64,000 bases of DNA from Candidatus Binatia bacterium (lineage in GTDB: Bacteria; Desulfobacterota; Binatia; DP-6), in assembly GCA_046327955.1 (NCBI GenBank), contig JAXLXP010000007.1, forward strand, positions 193,136 to 257,135, written 5' to 3'. The notes beneath the pieces were generated by a model, which ran no database searches, was not told the DNA's origin, and saw nothing but the letters and a program-made list of their open reading frames with translations. Made by a program: the position numbers and the translations under genes. This document shows positions 22,021 to 33,689 of this stretch, piece after piece; the stretch's first letter is position 1, and each line of letters begins with the position of its first letter.

Positions 22021-22805
22021 GACGGCGGGGCCTCCATCCCGGCCGGCTCGGCCTCGGCCGTGTACGCGGCGCCATTGCCCTCGGTCGGCTCCTGGCCCGC
22101 TCCCCGCTGGCGCTCCTCGTATACGTTGCGGCCCTCGATCACGGACTCGGAGACCGCCGCACAGAAGAGGCGGATCGCCCGAATCGCATCGTCGTTGCCC
22201 GGGATCTTGTAGTCGACGAGGTCCGGGTCGCAGTTGGTGTCGACCACGGCCACGACCGGAACGCCGAGCTTGTTGGCCTCCTTGACCGCGATCTCCTCCT
22301 TGGCAGGGTCGATCACGAACAGGGCGTCGGGCAGCTTGCGCAGCCCCTTGATGCCGCCCAGCGACAACAGGAGCTTGTCCCGCTCGCGACGGATGCCTTG
22401 CATCTCCTTCTTCGTGAGCGCCTCGAGCACCTCGGGGTCCTCGAGCATGTCGTCGAGCTTCTTCAGGCGCTCGATCGACTGCTTGATCGTCTGGAAGTTG
22501 GTGAGCGTGCCGCCGAGCCAGCGCGTGTTCACGTAGAACGCGCCACAGCGCTCGGCCTCCTCGCGGATGACGTCCTGCGCCTGCTTCTTCGTGCCGACGA
22601 AGAGCATCTGCCCACCCTGCGCGGTGAGGTCGCGCACGAAGTCGTAGGCCTCGCGGAACATCTTCACCGTCTGCTGCAAGTCGATGATATAGATGCCGTT
22701 GCGGGCACCGAAGATGTAGGGCTTCATCTTCGGGTTCCAGCGACTGGTCTGGTGGCCGAAGTGGACCCCGGCCTCCAGCAGATTCTTCATCGTCACATCC
22801 GTCAT
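22017..22805 (-). CDS. rpsB: 30S ribosomal protein S2
   Basis: [27 protein letters not shown]... Confidence 0.9.
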   Translation of the reverse strand: MTDVTMKNLLEAGVHFGHQTSRWNPKMKPYIFGARNGIYIIDLQQTVKMFREAYDFVRDLTAQGGQMLFVGTKKQAQDVIREEAERCGAFYVNTRWLGGTLTNFQTIKQSIERLKKLDDMLEDPEVLEALTKKEMQGIRRERDKLLLSLGGIKGLRKLPDALFVIDPAKEEIAVKEANKLGVPVVAVVDTNCDPDLVDYKIPGNDDAIRAIRLFCAAVSESVIEGRNVYEERQRGAGQEPTEGNGAAYTAEAEPAGMEAPPS

Positions 22806-22891
22806 AGGCGTTCCCTGATCATCCCCCTCCGGCCGACTCGATCAAACGCGGCTCAATACCAGAAACCGGAGCCCGCGCGCAATTGTGGGGC

Positions 22892-24244
<1,353 letters not shown>

Positions 24245-24367
24245 GGACGTCCTCCCCGCGGCAGCGACCGCGGCGGTGCGGCCCCGGCCTCGACGCTGGC
24301 GGTCGGCTCGAGACGGGACCAAACGGGCTTGTCGTGACGTGTCGTGGGATGCGAGCGCGGTGGGTCG

Positions 24368-24396
24368 AACGCGGCCGACACTAGGCAAAGGCCTCT
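24368..24396 (-). promoter_or_regulatory. candidate sigma70-type promoter for rho (TTGACA-17 nt-TAGTGT)
   Basis: Minus strand reads CTTGACAccccagaggcctttgccTAGTGT. It lies about 125 nt upstream of the proposed rho start, just downstream of the rluD-like stop. Confidence 0.45.
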
Positions 24397-24402
24397 GGGG
24401 TG

Positions 24403-25353
24403 TCAAGGCGTTTTGCCGCGGAATTCCGCGATCAGCGCGACGATGTCGGGCGGCAGCGGGGCACGCACGACGATGTCCTCGCCCCGCGTCGGATGGCGGA
24501 AGCGGATCTCGGCCGCGTGCAGGGCCTGGCGCGGGCAGCAGGCGCCCGGCGGCGTACCGGCGCGTCCCGTTCTCCGCGCACCGTACACGGGATCGCCCAC
24601 GACCGGATGGCCGAGGGCCGCCAGGTGCACCCGCAGCTGGTGCGTGCGGCCGGTCTCGGGAAAGAGATCGAGCACCGTCGCGCCCGTGAGCCGCTCCCGC
24701 ACGACGAAACGCGTCACGGCCGCACGACCACGCCGGCTGTGCACGCTCATCCGCTTGCGCTCGTGCGGATGGCGGCCGATCGGCTGGTCGATCAGGCCGC
24801 GGTCCGCACGCACGCGACCGTGCACGACCGCGACGTAGCGCTTGTGGACCTCGCGGTCGTGAAACTGGCGCGCCAGCGCGGCCAGTGCCCCGGGGCTCCG
24901 GGCGACGACCAGGACGCCCGAGGTGTTCTTGTCGAGTCGGTGCACGATCCCGGGGCGCTCCGGGTCGCCCACGCCCACGAGCTGCCCGAGCCGGTGCAGC
25001 ACGGCCGCCGCCACGGTGCCGCGCCGGGAGCCCGGGGCGGGATGCACCACCATACCCGGCGGCTTGTCGATCACCAGCAGCTCGGCGTCCTCGTAGAGCA
25101 CGGTGAGGGGCAGCGCCTCGGGCTCGAGCGTCGACGGCTCGGACGCGGGCACCTCCACGTCCACGCGCATCCCCGTCCGCAGCACGTGTCCCGGCTTGCG
25201 CACGACGCCCTCGACGCGCACGCATCCCCGCTCGACGAGCTGCTTCGCCTGCGAGCGGCTGCCGAGCTCCCGGACGCCGCCGAGGAAACGATCGAGCCGC
25301 ACCCCATCCGCCGTCTCCGGCACGGCGAGCGTCACGTGCCGTGCGGCGCTCAC
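24403..25353 (-). CDS. RluA-family 23S rRNA pseudouridine synthase (RluD-like, S4 domain + catalytic HRLD)
   Basis: [18 protein letters not shown]... (S4), ...[19 protein letters not shown]... Start GTG 25353 is tentative. It sits immediately after the ribF stop. Confidence 0.8.
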   Translation of the reverse strand: MSAARHVTLAVPETADGVRLDRFLGGVRELGSRSQAKQLVERGCVRVEGVVRKPGHVLRTGMRVDVEVPASEPSTLEPEALPLTVLYEDAELLVIDKPPGMVVHPAPGSRRGTVAAAVLHRLGQLVGVGDPERPGIVHRLDKNTSGVLVVARSPGALAALARQFHDREVHKRYVAVVHGRVRADRGLIDQPIGRHPHERKRMSVHSRRGRAAVTRFVVRERLTGATVLDLFPETGRTHQLRVHLAALGHPVVGDPVYGARRTGRAGTPPGACCPRQALHAAEIRFRHPTRGEDIVVRAPLPPDIVALIAEFRGKTP

Positions 25354-25363
25354 GGCACGCCCG

Positions 25364-26305
25364 TCACGCGCCCGGGTCGTGCGCCGCCACGACCACACGG
25401 GCACGAGCCACGTCGGCCGCGATGGCCTCGCGGAGCGCCGACGGACTGCTGAACGCCCGCTCGTCGCGCAGGCGTTCGAGCAGGGCGACGGTGAGCAGTC
25501 GGCCGTAGAGCTCGCCGCTCCAGTCGAGGAGGTGCGCCTCGATCGTGTGCCGCTGCTCGCCAAACGTCGGCCGGACCCCGATGTTGAGCACCCCCGCGAC
25601 GCGCCGCCCGTCGACCGTCGCCGCGATCGCGTAGACGCCGTCCGCCGGCAGCAGCATCCGCGACCGCACGTGGAGATTGGCGGTCGGGAAGCCGAGGAGG
25701 CGCCCGCGGCGCTCCCCGGCGACGACGCGGCCCCGCAACGTGTACGGGCGCCCGAGGAACCGGAGCGCCTGCCCGACGTCGCCCTCCCGGAGAACGCGGC
25801 GCAGCGCGGTGCTGCTCACCTTCGTCCCGCCCTCGGTGACGGGACCGACGATGTCGACCGTGAACCCGCACACCGCCCCGAGCGTCCGCAACGTGTCGAC
25901 GTTGCCACTGCGCCCGCGGCCGAAGTTCACGTTGTACCCCACCACCACGTGACGCAGGTCGAGCCGCGACAGCAGGAAGTCGCGCACGAATGCCTCCGGC
26001 TCGAGCGCCGCAAAGGCCCGCGTGAACCGCTGCAGGACGACGAGATCGAGGCCGAGCTGCCGGAACACGGCAAGGCGATCGGCGAGCGACTGGAGGAGCG
26101 CCGGGGCCCGCGCCGGTGCCAGCACGGCCATCGGGTGGGGCTCGAAGGTGACGGCGACCGACTCCCCGCCGAGGGCACGCGCCTGCGCCACGGCAGCGCG
26201 GATGATGGTCTGGTGCCCGATGTGGACGCCGTCGAAGTTGCCGAGCGTCAGCGCTATGGGACCAGCGCGGCGCCCCTCGCGGCGCAGGTGGCGGATGACC
26301 CGCAT
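25364..26305 (-). CDS. ribF: bifunctional riboflavin kinase / FAD synthetase
   Basis: LTLGNFDGVHIGHQ...riboflavin-kinase C-terminus GRRVAGVLNIGVRPTF. Confidence 0.9.
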   Translation of the reverse strand: MRVIRHLRREGRRAGPIALTLGNFDGVHIGHQTIIRAAVAQARALGGESVAVTFEPHPMAVLAPARAPALLQSLADRLAVFRQLGLDLVVLQRFTRAFAALEPEAFVRDFLLSRLDLRHVVVGYNVNFGRGRSGNVDTLRTLGAVCGFTVDIVGPVTEGGTKVSSTALRRVLREGDVGQALRFLGRPYTLRGRVVAGERRGRLLGFPTANLHVRSRMLLPADGVYAIAATVDGRRVAGVLNIGVRPTFGEQRHTIEAHLLDWSGELYGRLLTVALLERLRDERAFSSPSALREAIAADVARARVVVAAHDPGA

Positions 26306-26345
26306 CGCCGACCAGCAATATACCGGACGGCGCGCCGTTTGAAGG

Positions 26346-27185
26346 TCAGCGCTCGAGCTCCGTGATCTTCTGCCGCGCCCGTGCCGCTTCGTCCGAGTTC
26401 GGGTACTCCCGGATCAGCTTGCCCAGCGCGAGCCGGGCGTCCGGCGTATCGCCGACGGCGACGAAGAGATTGCCCTGCGCCCAGAGCGCCGCCGGCGTCT
26501 TGTCTCCCCGCGGATACTTCGTCACGACGTCGTAGAATTTGGAGATCGCCTGCTTGTTGTCGCCGCGCTGCTGGTAGCAGCGCGCAACCCAGTAGGTGGC
26601 GTTGTCGGCAAGCGGCGAGTCCTTGTACGCCGACGCGAAGCTGTTGAGCTGCGGGACGGCCTTGGCGCAGTCCTTGCGCCCCAGCACCTCGACGATCCCG
26701 AGGTACTCGGCCTTCTCCTTGACGTTGGTGGCACCCACGGCGGCCTGCTCGTGCTCGACGTCGCGGCGCCACTCGTCGTCACCGGCCGGCGGCACGGCCG
26801 GCGGCGCCGGCGCCGCCGCCGCGGGCTGTGGCGGTTCCGGTCTGGCCGCCGGCTGCGGCGCGGGACGCTCCGCGGTCGCAGGCGGCGGCTCCGCCGGCTC
26901 CGCCCCGGACGGGGCGACGCTGCTGGCGCCGGGGCGGCCCTCGAGCTCGTCGAGGCGCTTCTCGAGCGCCGCGACCCGATCTCCGCCCCTGGCCCCGCCC
27001 CGGCCCTCGTCGACCGCACGCTGCAGCCGCTCGAGCGTACGCTGCATCTGCTCGATCTTCTTGCGGTCCTCCAGGATCATCTGGCGAACCTGCCGGTCGG
27101 CTCGCATGACCTCGCCCTGCGAGGCGCACCCCGCGAGCGCGACGACGAAGAGCGCGGAGAGCCCCGCGCGGGCGCCGGCCGGCAT
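26346..27185 (-). CDS. ybgF: Tol-Pal system protein YbgF/CpoB (lipoprotein signal, coiled coil, TPR C-terminus)
   Basis: MPAGARAGLSALFVVALAGC... C-terminal TPR. The ATG overlaps the pal stop (ATGA). Confidence 0.8.
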   Translation of the reverse strand: MPAGARAGLSALFVVALAGCASQGEVMRADRQVRQMILEDRKKIEQMQRTLERLQRAVDEGRGGARGGDRVAALEKRLDELEGRPGASSVAPSGAEPAEPPPATAERPAPQPAARPEPPQPAAAAPAPPAVPPAGDDEWRRDVEHEQAAVGATNVKEKAEYLGIVEVLGRKDCAKAVPQLNSFASAYKDSPLADNATYWVARCYQQRGDNKQAISKFYDVVTKYPRGDKTPAALWAQGNLFVAVGDTPDARLALGKLIREYPNSDEAARARQKITELER

Positions 27186-27712
27186 CACTTCCCGAGCACG
27201 ACCGAGTGCACGCGCCGGTTGCGGGTCCAGCAAGCGTCGGTCTCCTCCCGACAGAGGGGAAGCTCCTCGCCGTAGCTGATCGTGGAGATCCGGTCGTCGC
27301 TGATCCCCTGGGACGCCAGGTAGTCCTTCACCGACTTCGCGCGCCGCGCCCCCAGTCCCAGGTTGTATTCGACGGTGCCCCGGCTGTCGCAGTGCCCCTC
27401 GAGCTCGACCTTGGCCCGTGGGTTCTGCCTCAGCCACTCGACGTTGCGGCCGAGCACGGTGCGCGCCTCGCCGTCGAGGTCGGCCTTGTCGTACCCGAAG
27501 CGGACGTCCTTCAGGATGCCGTCCTCCTCGGGGCCGAGACCCCGCTTGGCGCGCTCGAGGCTCGAGCCGCTCCCGGCGAGGCCGTCCTCGCCCAGTCCCG
27601 CACCGCCGGCACCCTCGTCGCCGGGCTTCGGACCCTTCTTCCCGCAGGCACCCGCCAGCGGTGCGAGCAGCGCCACCACCAGCACCAGACGGAACCACGC
27701 TGCGCGTCGCAT
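27185..27712 (-). CDS. pal: peptidoglycan-associated lipoprotein Pal (OmpA-like domain)
   Basis: Lipobox LAGACG. OmpA-C motif NRRV. Strong SD GGGAGGGG. Confidence 0.85.
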   Translation of the reverse strand: MRRAAWFRLVLVVALLAPLAGACGKKGPKPGDEGAGGAGLGEDGLAGSGSSLERAKRGLGPEEDGILKDVRFGYDKADLDGEARTVLGRNVEWLRQNPRAKVELEGHCDSRGTVEYNLGLGARRAKSVKDYLASQGISDDRISTISYGEELPLCREETDACWTRNRRVHSVVLGK

Positions 27713-27725
27713 CACCAACCCCTCC

Positions 27726-29042
27726 CTACTCCAACCGCGGCGACCATGCCGGCGAGGTATCATCGGCCGCTCCACGGGTCAATTCTTTCTGCGTCTTCCC
27801 GTCACGGTCGGCGAGCACCAGATGGTGGCGCCCTGCGCGTGTCGACGAGAAGACGACGTAGCGCCCGTCGGGTGACCACGACGGGTCCTCGTTGCTGCCC
27901 GCCGACGTGATCGTCTGCGCGCCGCTGCCGGACGCGGTCGCCACGACGACCTGGAAGCCGCCGCCGGCGCGCGTCGACCAGGCGAGCCGGTCGCCCTTGG
28001 GCGACCAGGACGGCGACGTGTTGTAGTTGCCCGTGAAGGACACACGCTCGAGCCCACCGCCGTCGACGTTCATGACGTAGATCTGCGGCGACCCGGAGCG
28101 TGCGGAGCAGAATGCGAAGCGGCGGCCGTCCGGCGCCCACGCCGGCGAGACGTCGACGCCCCAGTGCTCGGTCAGGTGGCGCAGCACCTGCCCCGCGCGA
28201 TCGACGAGGTCGATGTCGGGGTTCCCCGCTTCCTCGCGCGTGACGAGGAGCTGCGCGCCGTCGGGTGACCAGGCGCCGCCGAGATAGGCGCCCGGCGCGG
28301 CGAAGAGCTTGCCGACCCGCTTGGTCGCGACCTCGACCTCGAAGAGGCGCGGCGTGTGCTCGCGATAGGAGACGAAGAGCGCGCGCCGCGCATCGGGCCG
28401 CCAACGGGGTCCCACGACGATCGAGCGCTCGTCGGTGACGCGCGCGGGCTCGTCGCGGTCGAAGCTCCACACGTAGAGGTCCTTGGTGAGCTTTCCGGCG
28501 CGGTTGCTCACCAGCACGATCTGCGAGTCGAAAGGACCACGCTCGCCGGTGAGGAACTCGAGGATCGCGTCGGCGACCTTGTGCGCCATCCGCGGGAGAT
28601 CCGCACGCGCCCCGGAGAAGCGCCGCCCGACCTGCGGCACGTCCTTGCGGCCGGCGACGTCGAAGAGGCGCACCTCGACCGTGACCCCATCGCCGGCGAC
28701 GGTGACGCCGCCCTTCACCACCGCCTGCGCACCGATCGCCGCCCAGCCGATGAAGTCGGTTTCGCCCGCGGTGAGGCCCGTCTTCTCCGCGTCCTCGACG
28801 AAGGTCTTGGGGTCGACGAGCCGGAAATAGCCGGACAGATCGAGGTCACGCGACAGCGCAGCGGCGAACCGTCCGCCCGCCGCTCCCCCGACGTCGCCGC
28901 CGAGATTCTTGAGCGGCAGCACGGCGATCGGAAAGGCCGCGCTCCCCGGACCGTAGATCGCCCCCGTCACCACCGCGCTCGCCGTCCGTCCGACCAGCAG
29001 CACCACGAGCGCGAGCCCTGCCCTCGTCCACGATCGCTTCAT
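27726..29042 (-). CDS. tolB: Tol-Pal system beta-propeller protein TolB
   Basis: Signal peptide, TolB N-domain, and repeated SP(A/S)WSPDG propeller motifs. Confidence 0.9.
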   Translation of the reverse strand: MKRSWTRAGLALVVLLVGRTASAVVTGAIYGPGSAAFPIAVLPLKNLGGDVGGAAGGRFAAALSRDLDLSGYFRLVDPKTFVEDAEKTGLTAGETDFIGWAAIGAQAVVKGGVTVAGDGVTVEVRLFDVAGRKDVPQVGRRFSGARADLPRMAHKVADAILEFLTGERGPFDSQIVLVSNRAGKLTKDLYVWSFDRDEPARVTDERSIVVGPRWRPDARRALFVSYREHTPRLFEVEVATKRVGKLFAAPGAYLGGAWSPDGAQLLVTREEAGNPDIDLVDRAGQVLRHLTEHWGVDVSPAWAPDGRRFAFCSARSGSPQIYVMNVDGGGLERVSFTGNYNTSPSWSPKGDRLAWSTRAGGGFQVVVATASGSGAQTITSAGSNEDPSWSPDGRYVVFSSTRAGRHHLVLADRDGKTQKELTRGAADDTSPAWSPRLE

Positions 29043-30091
29043 CCGGTGCCTTCGCCTCCCTTGTCCTCGGAATGGAACTCGATCAGAAACTCGCGGAACT
29101 CGTTGACGTACCGCGACGGCGGTGCGGGCAGCGGATTGGCCCGCTGGACGGCCCGGACGACGGACGCGTCGTAGGCGGCATTGCCGGACGCCTGCTCCAG
29201 GCGGACATCACTCACGTTCCCGTCGGACGCGATGCCGAAGCGGACTTTCGCCACCAGCCCGGCATGGCTGATCACGTTCGTCCAGTGGGCCTTGATCGTG
29301 TTGATCACGTTCTGCTGGTACGCGATGAACTCGAGACCGACGACCTGCCCGCCACCGCCCGGGCCCGGGCCGCCGGTGCCGATCGGGCCGCTGCCGGTGT
29401 CGGCGCCGCCAAGCCCGCCGCCGCCCTCGCGCCCGCGCCAGCGGGACGCCGCGGCGGCGTACGCATCCTGGCCGGCGGCGTCCTCGGCTCCCGCGCCGGT
29501 GCCGCCGGGTCGCGCGTCCGGGCGTGGCTGCGCAGCAGCCGGCGGCACACTCGTCTTCGTCGGGTGGGCCGGCTCCGAGTGCGCAGGCTCCGGCGCCGCC
29601 GGTTTGGGAGCCGGCTTCGGCTCCGCAGGCTTCGCGACCGGCTTCGGCTCCGGCTTGGTCTCCGGCTTGGGCTCCGGCTTGGGCTTTGGCTCGGGCTTCG
29701 GCTTCTCCACCGGCTTGGTCGGGTCCGGCAGCTTCACCGCATCGTCGGGTTTCGGCTCGGGCTTCGGTTCGGGTTTCGGCTCGGGTTTCGGTTCAGCCGG
29801 CTTGGCCGGCTCCGGTGTTGCCGCGGGCGGGGGGCCGGGCCTGGGGCCACTCGCCGACGCGCCAGAGAGGTCCCGGCCGGGTGCACCGGGTGGCAGCCGC
29901 CCACCGATGGCACTCGGATCGGTGAGCTCGACCGTGTACGCCACCATCGGCAGCGGGCGCAGTCCGCCCACCTCCGCGAGCAACACGACCAGACCGAGGA
30001 CGGCCACGTGCGCCACCGCGGACAGGCCGATCATCCGCGTGAAGCGCCCGTCCCACTCGGGCGCGAGCCGGAGTGCCGGGGTCCGCGCCAT
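29039..30091 (-). CDS. tolA: cell envelope integrity protein TolA (TM anchor, Pro/Lys/Glu-rich linker, TonB/TolA C-terminal domain)
   Basis: PEPKPEPKPEPK linker; C-terminal ...NAAYDASVVRAVQRANPLP. Confidence 0.8.
   Translation of the reverse strand: MARTPALRLAPEWDGRFTRMIGLSAVAHVAVLGLVVLLAEVGGLRPLPMVAYTVELTDPSAIGGRLPPGAPGRDLSGASASGPRPGPPPAATPEPAKPAEPKPEPKPEPKPEPKPDDAVKLPDPTKPVEKPKPEPKPKPEPKPETKPEPKPVAKPAEPKPAPKPAAPEPAHSEPAHPTKTSVPPAAAQPRPDARPGGTGAGAEDAAGQDAYAAAASRWRGREGGGGLGGADTGSGPIGTGGPGPGGGGQVVGLEFIAYQQNVINTIKAHWTNVISHAGLVAKVRFGIASDGNVSDVRLEQASGNAAYDASVVRAVQRANPLPAPPSRYVNEFREFLIEFHSEDKGGEGTG
29605..29815. repeat. tandem degenerate 6-bp/12-bp repeats encoding the (PEPK)n linker of TolA
   Basis: Repeated ggcttcggctccggcttgg units. 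Confidence 0.6.
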
Positions 30092-30097
30092 CGGCTC

Positions 30098-30514
30098 CTA
30101 GTGCCGCGACGGCGGCTCGGTGACGAGCCCCACGCGCGCCAGCCCCGACGCGCGCACCGCTCCCATCGCCCGCATCACCTGCCCATACGGCACCGCCTGA
30201 TCGGCGCGGACGTAGAGCGCGCGATCGGGGCGCGACGCGGCGATCGCGTGGAGCTTCTCGGTGAGCTGATCGAGCGACATCGCGGTGTCGTTCAAGTACA
30301 CCTCGCCCGTCTTGGTGACGTTGACGACGAGCTGCTCCTGGTCGCCCGACAGCGGCCCGGCGGCGACTTTGGGCAGGTCGATCGTGACCCCCTGCTGCAG
30401 GATCGGCGCGGTCACCATGAAGATGATGAGCAGCACCAGCATCACGTCGACCAGTGGCGTGACGTTGATCTGGGAGATCGCGTCGCTGCCCTGGGTTCCC
30501 TGGTCGAACGCCAT
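30098..30514 (-). CDS. tolR: Tol-Pal system protein TolR (ExbD family)
   Basis: INVTPLVDVMLVLLIIFMVTAP... Confidence 0.85.
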   Translation of the reverse strand: MAFDQGTQGSDAISQINVTPLVDVMLVLLIIFMVTAPILQQGVTIDLPKVAAGPLSGDQEQLVVNVTKTGEVYLNDTAMSLDQLTEKLHAIAASRPDRALYVRADQAVPYGQVMRAMGAVRASGLARVGLVTEPPSRH

Positions 30515-30523
30515 CCGCCGCTC

Positions 30524-31279
30524 CTACTTGAGGAAGTGCCGCTCGGCGATGTTGAGGAACTCGGACGCGAAGGTGTCCATCTCGGCGGTGAGCACGCGGA
30601 GCTGCCGCGCGAACCGGTTGTACATCACGACCGCCGGGATGGCGGCCCCGAGCCCGACGGCGGTCGCGATCAGCGCCTCGGCGATGCCTGGCGCCACGGC
30701 CTGGATGCTCGACGACGTGGTCGTCGAGAGGCCGCGGAACGCGGTCATGATCCCCCACACGGTGCCGAACAACCCGACGAACGGCGCCGTGCTCGACGTC
30801 GTGGCGAGAAACGTGAGGCCGCGCTCGAGGCGCGTGATCTCCTGCGTGCGTGCCCGCTGCATCGCCCGCTGGACGTTCTCGATCCCGCCGAAGTCGGCCT
30901 CCTCTTCCTCGCTGCCGCGCTTCGACTTGGTGAACCGCTGCAGCTCCTGGTAGCCGGCGCGAAAGATCTGGGCGACCGGGCTCTCCTTCATGTCGACCGA
31001 TGCCGTCTGGATCGTGGCCAGGTTCTTGGCGTCCCAGAAGATGTCGACGAAGCGATCCGACTGTTTGCGCGCGCGCCGCATCTCGCTCGCCTTGGCGAGC
31101 GCGATCCCCCAGCTCCCCACGGAGGCACCGACCAGGGAGAAGAGCACGAGGCGGACGACCCAGCCCGTCCCCCACACGAGCGTGAGGAGATCGTCGTGCC
31201 CAGCGCCACCCGCGGGCAGCGCGGACTGGGCGGCCAGACCGCCGAGCGGCCCGAGCACTCCCAGGAGCATCTGGATCAT
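30524..31279 (-). CDS. tolQ: Tol-Pal system protein TolQ (MotA/TolQ/ExbB family)
   Basis: Three TM segments, ...LATTSSTAPFVGLFGTVWGIM... Start ATG 31279. Confidence 0.85.
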   Translation of the reverse strand: MIQMLLGVLGPLGGLAAQSALPAGGAGHDDLLTLVWGTGWVVRLVLFSLVGASVGSWGIALAKASEMRRARKQSDRFVDIFWDAKNLATIQTASVDMKESPVAQIFRAGYQELQRFTKSKRGSEEEEADFGGIENVQRAMQRARTQEITRLERGLTFLATTSSTAPFVGLFGTVWGIMTAFRGLSTTTSSSIQAVAPGIAEALIATAVGLGAAIPAVVMYNRFARQLRVLTAEMDTFASEFLNIAERHFLK

Positions 31280-31487
31280 GCTGTCAGCGAACGACGTCGT
31301 GCCTGCGGCCCCGCCCCACAACCAATCACCGCGCAAACCCTACTGCACGACCCCGGGGCCGTCAACGTCGCGCGGCCACTTACCTTGACCACCCGGAGCG
31401 GATTTGGGATAGGGCACAACCGTCCTGGCGGCCGTGCGCCATCGACGCGGGCCGCACCACGAACCCCACCAAGGAGGCGCAGCACCC

Positions 31488-32492
31488 ATGGCAATTCGCG
31501 TTGGCATCAATGGCTTCGGCCGCATCGGCCGCAACGTCTTGCGGGCCTGTCTCGACGAGGCCGGGCTCGAGTTCGTCGCGGTCAACGACATCACCGACGC
31601 GAAGACGCTGGCGCACCTCCTCAAGCACGACTCCGTTCACGGCGCCCTTTCGCGCGACGTGCAAGCGGCCGAGGGCGGTCTCGTCGTCGGCGGCAAGACC
31701 ATCAAAGTGCTCGCCGAGCGCGACCCGGGCAAGCTCCCGTGGAAGGCCCTCGGCGTCGACCTCGTGCTCGAGTGCAGCGGCCTCTTCACCGAGCGCGACA
31801 AGGCCGCGAAGCACCTCGAGGCGGGCGCCAAGAAGGTGATCATCTCGGCGCCGGCCAAGGGCGCCGACCACACCCTCTGCTTCGGCGTGAACCACGCCAC
31901 CTACGATCCGGCCAAGCACCACGTCGTGTCGAACGCGTCGTGCACGACGAACTGCCTGGCGCCGGTCGCGAAGGTGCTGCACGACACGTTCGGCATCCGG
32001 CGCGGTCTCATGACCACGGTGCACGCGTACACCAACGACCAGCGCATCCTCGACCTGCCGCACGAGGACATGCGGCGCGCCCGCGCCGCCGCGCTCTCGA
32101 TGATCCCGACCAGCACCGGCGCGGCGCGTGCCATCGGCGAGGTCATTCCGTCGCTCAAGGGCAAGCTCGACGGCATGGCCGTGCGCGTGCCCACGCCGAA
32201 CGTCTCGATCGTCGACTTGACCGCCGAGCTCGAGAAGCCGGCGACGAAGGACGCGATCAACGCCGCGATGAAAGAGGCCGCGCACGGTCCGCTCAAGGGC
32301 GTGCTCAACTATGTCGACGAGCCGCTCGTGTCGATCGACTTCAACCACTCGCCGTACTCCTCGTCCTTCGACGCGGCGCTGACCAACGTGCTCGACGGCA
32401 ACTTCGTGAAGGTGCTGTCGTGGTACGACAACGAGTGGGGCTTCTCGAACCGCATGCGGGACGTCGCGCTGCTCATCGGCAAGCGCCTCTGA
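31488..32492 (+). CDS. gap: glyceraldehyde-3-phosphate dehydrogenase
   Basis: [19 protein letters not shown]...[11 protein letters not shown]... SD AAGGAGG. Confidence 0.9.
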   Translation: MAIRVGINGFGRIGRNVLRACLDEAGLEFVAVNDITDAKTLAHLLKHDSVHGALSRDVQAAEGGLVVGGKTIKVLAERDPGKLPWKALGVDLVLECSGLFTERDKAAKHLEAGAKKVIISAPAKGADHTLCFGVNHATYDPAKHHVVSNASCTTNCLAPVAKVLHDTFGIRRGLMTTVHAYTNDQRILDLPHEDMRRARAAALSMIPTSTGAARAIGEVIPSLKGKLDGMAVRVPTPNVSIVDLTAELEKPATKDAINAAMKEAAHGPLKGVLNYVDEPLVSIDFNHSPYSSSFDAALTNVLDGNFVKVLSWYDNEWGFSNRMRDVALLIGKRL

Positions 32493-32508
32493 GCCGGTCG
32501 GTCCCGTC

Positions 32509-33684
32509 ATGCGCGCGCTCGACTCGCTGAACGTCCAGGGCAAGCGCGTCTTCATCCGGGCCGACCTGAACGTCCCGCTCGAGGGCGGGACGGTCGCGGA
32601 CGCGACCCGGATCGACGCGACACTGCCCACGCTGCGGTGGGTGCTGGACCACGGCGGCCGCCCGATTCTCGCCTCCCACCTCGGCCGCCCCAAGGGCACG
32701 CCCGATCCGAAGTACTCGCTCCGCCCGGTCGCGGCCTACCTCCAGCAGACGCTCGGCCGGCCCGTCCACCTCGCTTCCGACTGCGTCGGACCCGCCGCCG
32801 AGGCGACCGTCGCCGCCGCGACGCCGGGCGAGGTCGTGCTGCTCGAGAACCTCCGCTTCCATCCCGGCGAGGAGAAGAACGACCCCACCTTCGCCGCCCA
32901 GCTCGCCCGCCTCGCCGACGTCTACGTGAATGACGCCTTCGGCGCCGCGCACCGCGCGCACGCGTCGACGGCGGGGATGGTCGTCCACTTCGCCGAGCGC
33001 GCCGGGGGTCTGCTCCTCCACCGCGAGGTCGAGGTGCTCGGACGCCTGCTCGCCGGCGCCGAGAAGCCGTTCGTCGCGATCCTGGGTGGCGCCAAGGTCT
33101 CCGACAAGATCGCGGTGATCGACCACCTGCTCGATCGGGTGCAGGCGCTGCTGATCGGCGGCGCGATGGCGTACACGTTCCTCAAGGCGCAGGGAAAGCC
33201 GATCGGTCGCTCGCGGGTCGAGGAGGACCGCGTCGAGTTGGCGCGCACGGTGCTCGCCGACGCGGCCGCCAAGCGCGTCGCGCTGTTGCTGCCGGTCGAC
33301 CACCTCGCGGCCGACAAGCCGGAGGCCGGTGCGACGACCCGCATCGTCTCCGCCGACGCCTTCCCGGCCGACCTGCTCGGGGTCGACATCGGTCCAGCGA
33401 CGGCCGCCCGCTACGCGCAGGAGATCGAGACCGCGCGCACGGTGCTCTGGAACGGCCCGATGGGCATCTTCGAGATCGAGGCGTTCAGCCGCGGGACGAT
33501 GGCGATCGCCGAGGCGCTCACGCGCTGCAAGGGCACGACGGTCGTCGGCGGCGGCGACTCGGTCGCCGCGCTCGAGAAGTCGGGGAAGACGAACGCCGTG
33601 ACGCACGTCTCCACGGGCGGCGGCGCATCGCTCGAGTTCCTGGAGGGCCGCACGCTGCCCGGCGTGGCGGCGTTGGAGGGCTGA
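32509..33684 (+). CDS. pgk: phosphoglycerate kinase
   Basis: KRVFIRADLNVPL...ASHLGRPKG... Confidence 0.9.
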   Translation: MRALDSLNVQGKRVFIRADLNVPLEGGTVADATRIDATLPTLRWVLDHGGRPILASHLGRPKGTPDPKYSLRPVAAYLQQTLGRPVHLASDCVGPAAEATVAAATPGEVVLLENLRFHPGEEKNDPTFAAQLARLADVYVNDAFGAAHRAHASTAGMVVHFAERAGGLLLHREVEVLGRLLAGAEKPFVAILGGAKVSDKIAVIDHLLDRVQALLIGGAMAYTFLKAQGKPIGRSRVEEDRVELARTVLADAAAKRVALLLPVDHLAADKPEAGATTRIVSADAFPADLLGVDIGPATAARYAQEIETARTVLWNGPMGIFEIEAFSRGTMAIAEALTRCKGTTVVGGGDSVAALEKSGKTNAVTHVSTGGGASLEFLEGRTLPGVAALEG

Positions 33685-33689
33685 TATCC

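Noticed and set aside
29605-29815. Tandem DNA repeat as a possible VNTR or CRISPR-like array
   Set aside because: The units are 6-12 bp, lie in frame inside tolA and encode the PEPK linker. They are not spacer-repeat structured.
31280-31487. Possible promoter TTGACC-N17-GATAGG in the divergent tolQ/gap intergenic region
   Set aside because: The -10 element is weak, and I could not distinguish it from chance in a 200-bp region.
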